Assembly (NCBI RefSeq): GCF_004010195.1
Contig: NC_057719.1
Location: 2,658,784-2,691,219, forward strand
Direction: 5' to 3'
Length of the DNA: 32,436 nt
From: Chiloscyllium plagiosum
Lineage: Eukaryota
Below are positions 23,213 through 32,436 of this stretch, piece after piece; the first letter of the stretch is position 1, and each line of letters begins with the position of its first letter. The notes below the pieces were generated by a model. It was not told where the DNA came from. It saw only the letters and a program-made list of their open reading frames with translations, and searched no databases. Made by a program: the position numbers and the translations under genes.

Positions 23213-24301
23213 GTCTGGCGATCCTTCCTCAGAACTGAAATGGAAGAATGTTGACTAACCAATATGGATGCAGTAAAAATTCTGACTCACAACTAAACAC
23301 ACACATACAATAGTTGAAGTAAACTAATGTCCATGCATTGAAACATGATAACCTTCCTAGCATTTGAAGAAGCAAAAACTGTGCCGTTAAATTTCATTTC
23401 ATTAATTATCTGGCAATCAATGAAATTTGGCAACTGTCCCAAATAATGAAAGTGGAAACACTACCTTGCTCATATTTTTGTTGTGCGATAAAGTATTTTC
23501 AATTCACTTATCCATTTTTAAGAAACCAGGTATAAAGGCTTTACAAAAAATAAACTCCCCATTGCCAAAATTATTGGCCATTACAAAGATAATTTATGGA
23601 AGCACTGCTCATAACTTCCCAATTATTGCGTGTTTCTGCCCCTGCATTTCTCTTCTTTCCCTTGAAACTCAAATTCATATTTCTATTGTCTCCAGATTCA
23701 TGCATTCCAATGTTATGTACACTTAAAGCTATCTAACATGGTAGCAGTGAGCACGCAGAGCACCACTACACAAGTAGTCAGCAGCACCGAGAACAGTAGG
23801 TAAATAAGGCAGTCAACAGGTTCTAGAAGACCTAGCAGAAGGGAAACATAGGTTTCATTAGTTATCTAACTCTTAAGTGGTAAAGGTTATTGAACTGTAA
23901 GGTTTAAATTAGTTCAGTAAGTGATAGTGAGGATAAATTAATGAATTAACCATGTAAGTAGTTAATTACTTAATTAAAACACAATGAAGATTTCATAACA
24001 AGTCTGTTGTGAATAAAGAATGTGAAACTTCCTGAAAATGAAAACAGATTAAGAGTTTGAATGCATATTTAAAAAATAAATGAGTAATAAAGTGAAATTT
24101 GATGTTATAGAAAGTGAGTCTAGGGAAGTAAAAGTGGAAAATAAGCTTACAGATGAATTGCAACAAGTAGTTTGTAATCTTCATTATGAAGGATATAAGT
24201 AATATTCCAGCAATACCTAGAAATGGAAAAGGTTGAAAAGAACTCAAAAAAATTCTAAACTTCCCTAGAAATACAGGAATGTTTTTGAAGCAAGGGAAGA
24301 T

Positions 24302-24583
24302 TAAAAGACAATAGGCAATAGATGCAGTCGGCCATTCAGCCCTTTGAGCCAGCACCGCCATTCAACATGATCATGGCTGATCATCCCTAATCAGTTATCC
24401 TCTTCCTGCCTTATCTCCATAACCCTTGATTCCACTATCTTTGAGAGCTCTATCCAACTCTTTCTTAAATGAATCCAGAGACTGGGCCCTCCACTGTCCT
24501 CTGGGGCAGAGCATTCCACACAGCCACCACTCTCTGGGTGAAGAAGTTTCTCCTCATCTCTGTCCTAAATGGTCTACCCCGTA
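24302..24583 (-). mobile_element. HER1/CR1 3' end fragment
   Basis: Minus-strand IRGRPFRTEMRRNFFTQRVVAVWNALPQ and 3' UTR GGCTCAAAGGGCTGAATGGCC. Confidence 0.88.
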
Positions 24584-24919
24584 TGAACATGTTTACTGAA
24601 ATATAATGCTGACAGATATTATACTGACTAACAAGAAAATAGCCTGAATCACTGTCAAATGTACACTGCAAAATAAATAGACCCTAATATCTCAAATTAC
24701 AAAGCAACACAAAATAAAGAAAAATCTTTACAGTAAAGGAAACCCAAAGCCTTATAATAGAAAAGACATGAGGAAGCCATCAGTAAATGGACCACTTAGG
24801 GAAGGGGTCCAATAAATTCAGGGCATTGACAGGGCACCAGCTAAAGAGGAAATTTTACATGTTACTTCATGGAATAGAGTTCAATGGTGCAGGAAATTGA
24901 AGATTTGTGAGATGAGACA

Positions 24920-25085
24920 AAATGGAGAAATGGAAGGATGAGAGATCCATTAAATGGAGGAATGGGCGAGGGCTCCAATAACCAGTGGATTTGGAGGGAG
25001 GATTTCAGTTAATGGAGGAATGGGGAAAGGCTTTAGTAGTTGAAGGAAAGTGGGTGAGGGCTCCAATAAATGGAGGAATGGAGAG
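24920..25085 (+). repeat. Degenerate purine-rich tandem repeat
   Basis: AATGGAGGAATGG recurs at ~24953, ~25011 and ~25069; GAGGGCTCCAATAA occurs twice. Confidence 0.6.
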
Positions 25086-25401
25086 TGGCGGTAAAATCAA
25101 GTGATTTCTATATTGGCTCATATGGGAGCACCATCATTGTGACCATCATCCTTATTATCTTGGTTCCTGACTACTCCCAAAGGGAGAGAAGAAACATTTT
25201 TTCTTCCAGATGTCCTCAGAATTCAATAGTATTTTGAATAGTTCCATTTTGTACAGATCCTCACTTTGATAAAGAAATATCCTATTGACTTGTCACAATT
25301 CTCAGCCAAAGGACATTTCCGTCACCTCCAGCCAGTCACTTATTCCCTTTGTGGAACTGTGTGAAACTGATAGTTGCATGATGGGAAAACTGGTCAACCC
25401 C

Positions 25402-25929
25402 TGTTGTAACACAATACAAGTTAAGACTATAGCAAAGGTCAAAGCATTATTAACTTCAGCAGGATTTGACGTAGGCTATGTCCACATAAATTCTTTAACC
25501 TTGGTCGACCTCATCAGAGTTGGCTCCACAAAAATTCTGCGATACTGGCTAAACCTAAATAAAGACATTCCACAGAATCCTCTGAGCCCCCAAACAAAGA
25601 CGAGATTATGGCATGACATATATGACACAAGGTTTTGGGGAGTCAGTATGACAAACATTGGAAGTAATGACACAATGTACCGGTATAATGGATAATGAAC
25701 CTCTAGTGATAGTTATTGATAAGTTTCAACTGTAAAGATTCCTTCTTTTCTCTCTGTAAGCACAAACTTTTGAGAGAGACTGAGAGCTGTGAGCAATTCT
25801 CTCTCTCTTCTAAATTCAGCCATCTGCATGCAGCTTCCTTGTTAATAAAGACCAATTATTTTGTCAGAACAAGGTTTGTTAATTTTTTTGAATATTGTTG
25901 ATTTTAGTTATTTTTAATTCATTTCCACA
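25402..25929 (+). mobile_element. 5' LTR of an endogenous retrovirus (5' boundary uncertain)
   Basis: Ends ...TTCCACA (25929), 2 nt before the PBS. AATAAA at 25844-25849 followed by a T-rich U5. Start guessed at TGTTGTAAC (25402). Confidence 0.6.
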
Positions 25930-25931
25930 TT

Positions 25932-25949
25932 TGGCGCTGTGAACAAAGA
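25932..25949 (+). promoter_or_regulatory. Primer-binding site, best match tRNA-Ser(CGA)-type
   Basis: TGGCGCTGTGAACA matches 13 of the first 14 nt of TGGCGCTGTGAGCA, the complement of the vertebrate tRNA-Ser(CGA) 3' end as recalled. Confidence 0.7.
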
Positions 25950-26318
25950 CCAAATACCCTGAAGTGAATTCTGTGAGGGAGTGAAAAAGTGATCGAGCCA
26001 CAACCCAGAGGTTAGAGATGGATGAGTACAACAAGGCAAGCTTTACCTTTGGTCTCTCTCTTTCCCTTGGCTGGGTGCTGCAACGTCTCATCCCTTGCAG
26101 AGGACACTAACAGGTGACGGTTTCCGAATCCAAGTTCTAAATTCTCACATTGGACTGTGATTTGAGTGCAGTGGATCAGGGATCCAGTTGTTCAGGAAGT
26201 GCGCACAGGGGTTTTTTAAAATTTAAAATCAGAGGCACCCTTACCTTTCTGATTGGGTCTGGACTCTAGTTTCTTTTGATTTTAGTACCAAGAATAATGA
26301 AGCACTGTAGACTATAGT

Positions 26319-28391
26319 ATGGGGCTATCCTTAGCTAAGACCAAGGATAATTTACCCTTGTCATATATGTGTTCTAAATATCCTGAGCAGGCCCATAACT
26401 TATATTGTCTGTCAATAGAATTAAGCAATAAATTGGGTAAAGACATTTGGCCACTAGGGATCTTAAAAATTGCTCAACTGCCGAAAAAGCTATCTGGACG
26501 CGAGAAACAGGCTCCAAATAGAGTCATAGAGATGTACAGCATGGAAACAGACCCTTCAGTCCCACTTGTCCATGCTGACCAGATATCCCAACCCAATCTA
26601 GTCCCACCTGCCAGCACCTGGTTCATACCCCTCCAAACCCGTCCTATTCATATGCCCATCCAGATGCCTCTTAAATGTTGCAATTGTACCAGCCTCCATC
26701 ACTTCCTCTGGCAGCTCATTCCATACACATACCATCCTCTGTGTGAAAAAGTTGCCCCTTTTATATCTTTCCCCTCTCACCCTAAACCTATGCCCTCTAG
26801 TTCTGGACTCTGTGACCCCAGGGAAAAGACCTTGTCTATTTACCCTATCCATACCACTCGTGATTTATAAACCTTTATAAGGTCACCTCTCAGCCTCCGA
26901 CACTCCAGGGAAAACAGCCCCAGCCTGTTCAACCTCTCCCTATAGCTCAAATGCCCCAACCCTGGCAACATCCTTGTAAATCTTTTCTGAACCCTTTCAA
27001 GTTTCACAACAAATGGAAAATGTTGATTTCAAATTGGACAAAGGAATCAACTAGGTGCCACAAGCACTCGCGATTAATTAATTGGAGGGACAGTGCTCAT
27101 AAATGGGGAATTGACGAGTGGGCAAATGGTAAAATGAAAGATTGGGAAACTTTAAAATTCGAGTGTGCCAGATGGGATTTCAGACATCAAGACCTGAAAC
27201 AAGCAGCTGCAAAACAAACAGTCAGGGCTAACCCAGCTGGTTCAAATAATGGAGGATCCTCCCAGTTGCTTAGCATGCCGATTGTTTCCAGATTCAAATG
27301 ATATGGACGAGGAAGAGGCTTTTAAGTTCCCCATTCTCCCCATGACCCCTCCTTTCTACTTCTGATTCAACTCCCGCTGACCGTGTTTCTTACCGCATTA
27401 GGTCCCGAGTTAAACTTCTGCCAGTACAAAAGCCCTGATCAGTCTCTCTGTAATATTTCTCCTCAGCCGCCACCCCCTGCCAAATTTCCAGTTAGATCTG
27501 TTAGCAATCCCTGAGTTGCTCTTGATGTCCAAGCATCTCAGTCCATTGAGGTCTGGGAAGCCTTCGAACTCCAGGAGCTGTGTTTAATCATGGCCTATTG
27601 TCTGTCCTGCAAGGAAGACCCGGAAGGGTTTATAGAATATTGAAGACACACTGCAATCATGTACAATGCTACTACTCAGGACCAATATTCCATTATTTAT
27701 GCCTCTCTTCATCCTGAACTGGGAAAAAGATGGAAGGCTGAATTGGGAGCAAATGGGGACATATGGGATATGTTTAGTGCTGTGCACAAAGATGAGGATG
27801 ATCAGCACACACTGATGTTCAAGTCACTGAAACACACACTGTTAGCCCACAGACATCTCCAAACTCCTTGACTGTAGACCCGTCCCAGAGGAGAACACTA
27901 CATTTTTTGACTGCTTCTGTGGCATTTAAACCCTCTATTCTGGGGATACCACTTTTACTGAAGGGAGACAGTCTCCTCAGTTCAATGCGCTGCTAATGCA
28001 GGTTGCCTGATCGGGTAGTGTCTTGTATAAAAACTAATACCACAGATTGGTCAAATAATTCAAGGTCCCAGATGCAATGTGTGGTGTCCTACTACTGGAT
28101 CAATGGCCTTGACCATTTAGCAGGACTGGACACTGCGCCCTGCATCAAGTTTGAGTTCATACAATCTGCTGGGTACCATTCTCCTCTGCCCATGATGGAA
28201 CAGGGACACCAGATTGACCAGCGCTAGTACAGACCATTTCCTACGGAGCCCTGCGCTTCACCACCAGATCCCTTATCGGAATGCTTGTTTTAACTGTAGG
28301 CCACTACACCAGGGCTTTTCCGTTACCTTGCAAATGGGGCCAGCGTTCTCGTCGTAAGCAGACATCCTTCACTACCTCTAACCCTTTTTGA
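26319..28391 (+). pseudogene. gag: ERV gag (decayed; interrupted by CR1 at 26520-27009)
   Basis: MGLSLAK (myristoylation-type start), PLSYMCSKY, WPLG. Capsid-like KEDPEGFIEY...MYNATTQD (~27611), PEENTTFFDCF (MHR-like), LPDRVVSCIKTNTTDW. Degenerate knuckle CFNC...HY (~28286). Ends SNPF-TGA. Confidence 0.8.
26520..27009 (-). mobile_element. HER1/CR1 3' fragment inserted in ERV gag
   Basis: Minus [25 protein letters not shown]...FFTQRMVCVWNELP. CTCTATGA-type tail. Possible 5-bp TSD CAAAT (26515-26519 and 27010-27014). Confidence 0.9.
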
Positions 28392-29141
28392 CTAGCCTGC
28401 ACTAACTATGTGGTCCTCTCATGAGACCACGCTGACAAGCCCACAGCTATAATTAATGTTGAAGGTATCCCTATTTCCTTTCTGATTGACACTGGCATGA
28501 TTCACTCCATGCTGGCTTTGGTTCAAAGACATACATTTCCCCCCTCTGGTAAGCCTCAGACTGTGTAACATTTATTGGATTAATTAAGGGACAGGAGGGT
28601 TCTGCCTTCCTTGTAGAGATGCTCCGGAAACTCTGGCATCAATCGGGTCTCGTGGCCCCCCATGTGACTCTCACTGTTCATGAGGATTACAGTGTCAAAT
28701 CCCTAAGATATTTAGCCGCGGCTTGCACGAGCAAGCAGATCCTTTCTACACTAGGGGACAAACCTTCCCTCAGGGTTCCTTTGGAATATGGTCCGCAGCC
28801 TGTGTGACTGGCATACTGGCCCGCCATGTCACCAATAAGCGTCTGACCTCAGAGGTTCCTCCGGACTTATGGGCGGTGTCCAAACACGAAATGGGATTCA
28901 CTAATGTCCTCCTGAGCCATATTAAAGTAAAACCTGGTTTGCCCTTGCCCTCGATTCCGCAAGGGTAAGGGCTGAGGAAGGATTCTCTGCCAGCATTCAG
29001 TCTTTCCTTCGATCGGGAATCTTAGTTCCATGCTGTCACATTGTAGCACCCCAATCATCCCTGTTCCAAAAGGCGGATGACCGTCCAAATGGCACTTGAT
29101 CCAAGACCTCTGACAATCGTGTAACCTTTGTATCCCATTGT

Positions 29142-29641
29142 NNNNNNNNNNNNNNNNNNNNNNNNNNNNNNNNNNNNNNNNNNNNNNNNNNNNNNNNNNN
29201 NNNNNNNNNNNNNNNNNNNNNNNNNNNNNNNNNNNNNNNNNNNNNNNNNNNNNNNNNNNNNNNNNNNNNNNNNNNNNNNNNNNNNNNNNNNNNNNNNNNN
29301 NNNNNNNNNNNNNNNNNNNNNNNNNNNNNNNNNNNNNNNNNNNNNNNNNNNNNNNNNNNNNNNNNNNNNNNNNNNNNNNNNNNNNNNNNNNNNNNNNNNN
29401 NNNNNNNNNNNNNNNNNNNNNNNNNNNNNNNNNNNNNNNNNNNNNNNNNNNNNNNNNNNNNNNNNNNNNNNNNNNNNNNNNNNNNNNNNNNNNNNNNNNN
29501 NNNNNNNNNNNNNNNNNNNNNNNNNNNNNNNNNNNNNNNNNNNNNNNNNNNNNNNNNNNNNNNNNNNNNNNNNNNNNNNNNNNNNNNNNNNNNNNNNNNN
29601 NNNNNNNNNNNNNNNNNNNNNNNNNNNNNNNNNNNNNNNNN
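29142..29641. other. Assembly gap (500 N, probably a placeholder length)
   Basis: Run of N. RT motifs on either side are in the expected order. Confidence 0.99.
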
Positions 29642-29660
29642 GACACTGATGCTCCCTGGG

Positions 29661-29873
29661 GGATCCACTATCATTCAATACGTGAATGGTTTACTCCTTG
29701 CTAGCCCTGATTTGGTTAATAACCAGCAGGGCACTGTTTACTTCCTCACACAGCATCTGCAGACCTCACTTTCTCCTCGAAGGATCCACTATCATTCAAT
29801 ATGTGAATGGTTTACTCCTTGCTAGCCCTGATTTGGTTAATAACCAGCAGGGCACTGTTTACTTCCTCACACA
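29661..29873 (+). repeat. 92-bp direct duplication of the RT active-site region separated by a 29-bp PLE terminus
   Basis: Copies 29661-29752 and 29782-29873 differ at one C/T. Spacer GCATCTGCAGACCTCACTTTCTCCTCGAA matches the PLE end seen at ~2594-2617 and, inverted, at 21852-21872. Confidence 0.9.
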
Positions 29874-30210
29874 TCTCTATTCATGGGGATATGGTCCCCC
29901 CCCTCTAAGGCCAATGGCAAGTTAAATCTTTGGGTGTTCTGATCAGTGCGACTTACTCAGGAATGCATTCATCCCATCTTGCCAACCCCATCCCCACCTC
30001 ACCCAAATGGATGAGGGCCTTTTTGGGACTGGTGAAATTTTGCAGGCAGTGGTGTCCAAACATTACAACACATACTAAAGTGCTTACTCCATATTTCTCT
30101 CTGACTGCCCCCCCCCCCACCCCCAAAAGTTTCAGCTGTTCATTCTGCAGGTGCCCTAGCGCTGTGTGGGTAGCTAAGGTGTCTTTGAGGACAGAAAATT
30201 CGCCGAAAGG

Positions 30211-30254
30211 ATCGCTTCTCGGCCTTTTGGCTAAGATCAAGTGTCTTCTTATCA
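30211..30254 (+). pseudogene. U2 snRNA 5' fragment (nt 1-34 exact, then TTCTTATCA matching U2 nt 43-51)
   Basis: ATCGCTTCTCGGCCTTTTGGCTAAGATCAAGTGT is identical to the vertebrate U2 5' end. No Sm site or 3' stem-loops follow. Confidence 0.95.
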
Positions 30255-30413
30255 AGACAGGGGTCGAGTTGCGAGTCATCAGAGCTAGTGGAGATCATCG
30301 CTGGATCGTGATTGGACGTTGGAGGATCATTTGGTTGTGCTGACCTGTTATTGGTGGATCTTCATGCTGGCTTCGGCCTAACGCCAATTCAGGGACCAGC
30401 CAACCTCAGAGCT

Positions 30414-31873
30414 ATGGCCTCAATAGCTGCCCGCACCCTGGGCCAGGGGATTCGAAACACCGTCTGGGCGTCTGTCAAGAAGGTGGAAGAGCGTACACCA
30501 GTTGATCGGACGGTGTGCGTCAAGAAGGTGCTGTTCGAGTGCTGTGGGTTCGCCGCAGCAGATGTGTACTGCCTGCAGGATTTCCCTGGGGCAGGCTACT
30601 TTGACGTCACCTTCAGGAGCGTGAAGCAATGCGAGCAACTCCTGAAGGTCTTCAAGGAAAAGGAAGGGGAGCCGCTGTTCTCCATCTTGTCGGCGGTCCC
30701 CTTGTGTGTGCTTCCTGCACAGAGGAGTCGGGTTGTTACGATCTACATGTACAACCCCTACGTGCCAGCAACTGATGTCCTGACCTTCCCTGGAAGATAT
30801 GTGCAGGTTGAGGGACAAAGCACCGATGTGGTTGACCCTTTCGGGATCTGGACCAGCAAACGACAGGTCAAGGTAACCCTGAGGGTTGACGCCAGCGGGA
30901 ATATCCTCCACTCATCCTCCAGCTTTGCTATCAGAGGGAGCAGAGGGTCCCTGACTTATGCAGGGCAGCCGAAAGTGTGCCGAACCTGTGGGAGGTCAGG
31001 CCACATGGCGGCGGACTGCAAGGTCACGATCTGTCGGAACTGCAAAAAGGAGGGGCACCCGACCAAAGAATGCAAGGAGGAAAAGAACTGCAATCTGTGT
31101 GGGGAGGCGGGCCACATGTACAGGGGCTGCCCAAGACGAGGGGCCGCCACCTACGCGCAGATGGCCGGAGGTGGGCCACAAAAGGAGGGCAAGGCACCGC
31201 AAACCGGCAAGGGATAGGTGTCTGGGGGCACGCAACAGGAAGGACAGGCTGGAGCAGAGCAGATGACAGCTACTGGAGAGGTACAGCTACCGAGCGAAGC
31301 TCCGACAGGACAGGCGGAGGAGGAGGAGATGGAGAAGGGAAACAAGGAGGCAGAGGAATGGACCATGGTGCAAAGCAGGAGGAGGAAAACCAACCGGCCA
31401 CCAAGACCTCCCAGAAAAAGGGGAAAAGGCAGCTGCATGGGGAAGACATGGAAAGCTGTTTGGAAGGTGAGGACGGGCGTAAGGAGGGTCGTCACCAAAA
31501 GAAGAGGCAGAGCGCTGCGAGGAGAAAGGACAGCAGCAACTGCCAACCAAGGGACGAACCTCCTGAGGAAATGGGAAACCACCACCCCCCCACCAGGTGA
31601 AAGCCAGGAGGGCCCCACCGCCATACAGCTCCAGGCCACTGGGAGCAGTGACCCTCTGACAGAGCCCCGCTGTCAGATATAGAAACAGACAACGTGGATC
31701 CTGGCTGCGGCCCGATGACACCGAAGCGGGCAAATGGACCGAGTGGGGAGCTGGACAGCTACCTCAGCCCTGCGAGGATCCAGCAATTCGTGTTCTGCCA
31801 GGGGATGCAGACAGCTACTCCAGAGGGGCAGAACCAGCGACAATCGGACGTGGGTAACTCTACAACCTGTTAA
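30414..31873 (+). pseudogene. Tx1 ORF1 (ZCCHC3-like N-terminal domain, three CCHC knuckles, low-complexity tail); premature TAG at 31215-31217 and a downstream frameshift
   Basis: MASIAAR...GIRNTV...YFDVTF...PFGIWTSKRQVKV...YAGQPKV; CRTCGRSGHMAADC, CRNCKKEGHPTKEC, CNLCGEAGHMYRGC; EWTMVQSRRRK; C-terminal YLSPARIQQF ending at TAA 31871-31873. Confidence 0.88.
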
Positions 31874-31877
31874 AAAA

Positions 31878-32436
31878 ATGGGGTTAAAAATTGCAATTAT
31901 TAATGTGCGCAGCATAAAATCTGCTGCGCGATGTGTTTCAACACTGGCCTTTCTGGTCAACGTGAAAGCCGATGTCCTCTTCCCGCAGGATACTGCACCT
32001 CAGCAGTTACAGGAGATGGTCGAGCTTGTGGGCCCATGGGCCGTCAGTGTGGTCAGGGGGCAACGATAACCACTCCTCAGGCCTGGGTATCCTGTTGCGG
32101 GGAGGCAACTTCACTATCTCCGAGGTTAAGGAGGTGGTGGGCGGGCGCCTCCTCGTAGCTGATGTGACATACAGAAACGCTCCCGTGAGACAAATCAACG
32201 TGTACGCCCCAGTGGGTAAGAGTGAACGGTTGGCCGTCCTGCAGCAGCTTCCACTGTTGCTGGCTACGTCCAGGCCGGTCATTCTGGCCGGAGACTTCAA
32301 CTGCATCATTGATGCAGATGGACGATCCAGCTGGGGGGACAGTAAACTGGACGCCACGTCCAGAGCCCTGATGGACACGGTCAAAGATGCCAAGCTGCGC
32401 GACGTCTTCAGCACCCCTGCAGACGGAGCGCAGCGT
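31878..32436 (+). pseudogene. Tx1 ORF2 N-terminal APE endonuclease (frameshift near 31990)
   Basis: MGLKIAIINVRSIK...ADVLFPQ; GLGILLRG; GRLLVADV; INVYAP; VILAGDFNCII; LRDVF. Confidence 0.9.

Larger units (their letters stand above)
28392..30139 (+). pseudogene. pol: ERV pro-pol (protease and RT), decayed, spanning the gap and truncated by the Tx1 insertion
   Basis: INVEGIPISFLIDTG (DTG at 28488-28496); EVPPDLWAVSKHEMG...IKVKPGLPLPSIPQ; STPIIPVPK...WHLIQDL; IIQYVNGLLLAS (decayed YVDD); PTSPKWMRAFLGLVKFCRQWCPN (thumb). Confidence 0.9.
30140..32436 (+). mobile_element. Tx1-clade non-LTR retrotransposon (Keno-like), 5' part; runs off the window end
   Basis: Sharp shift to GC/CpG-rich sequence, 5' leader with a U2 fragment, triple-CCHC ORF1, then an APE endonuclease ORF2. 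Confidence 0.9.

Noticed and set aside
24920..25085. CRISPR-like repeat-spacer pattern
   Set aside because: Degenerate, irregular purine-rich repeats in a vertebrate context with no cas genes; a minisatellite.
25285..25695. 136-aa ORF as a retroviral accessory gene
   Set aside because: Non-ATG start, no recognisable motif, and overlaps the uncertain LTR boundary.
26319..26870. 183-aa ORF as a novel protein
   Set aside because: Chimera of the gag N-terminus and an antisense CR1 fragment.
28867..29704. Long ORFs in the six-frame track
   Set aside because: Artefacts of translating the 500-N gap.
30187..30210. Weak resemblance of GAGGACAGAAAATTCGCCGAAAGG to the U6 snRNA 3' region (GATGACACGCAAATTCGTGAAGCG)
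   Set aside because: Short, needs two gaps and several mismatches, and does not extend to the ACAGAGA box; indistinguishable from chance without statistics.
30211..30400. Functional U2 snRNA gene
   Set aside because: Similarity ends by about nt 51, the branch-point recognition motif is broken, and there is no Sm site, 3' stem-loops or convincing PSE upstream.
30312..31217. Host ZCCHC3-like gene
   Set aside because: Followed directly by an APE-endonuclease ORF2 and embedded in an ERV, so it is Tx1 ORF1 with a premature stop. The TTG start at 30312 is less likely than ATG 30414.

Overview
Eukaryotic, repeat-saturated genomic DNA, almost certainly from a cartilaginous fish (shark). This rests on HE1-type SINEs, HER1/CR1 LINEs and a Deu-domain SINE, recognised from memory of the families. 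No intact host gene is supportable. The window is a stack of nested, mostly decayed retroelements: many CR1/HER1 LINE pieces (one near full length, ~16.7-22.9 kb), several Penelope-like elements (PLEs), and tiny PLE-derived insertions of 85-224 bp that carry minimal hammerhead-ribozyme motifs and 10-14 bp target-site duplications (TSDs). It also holds a solo LTR and a decayed class I (epsilon/gamma-like) endogenous retrovirus with LTR, tRNA-Ser-type PBS, gag, a UGA-CUAG gag-pol readthrough junction, pro and RT; a 500-N gap lies inside its RT. A Tx1-clade LINE is inserted into the ERV pol, and its 5' leader contains a perfect copy of U2 snRNA nt 1-34. That U2 piece sits about 70 nt inside an apparent element 5' end rather than in a U2 gene and is flanked by repeated hairpins; it is the most notable signal. 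All family assignments are by eye without database searches, and boundaries not marked by TSDs are approximate.
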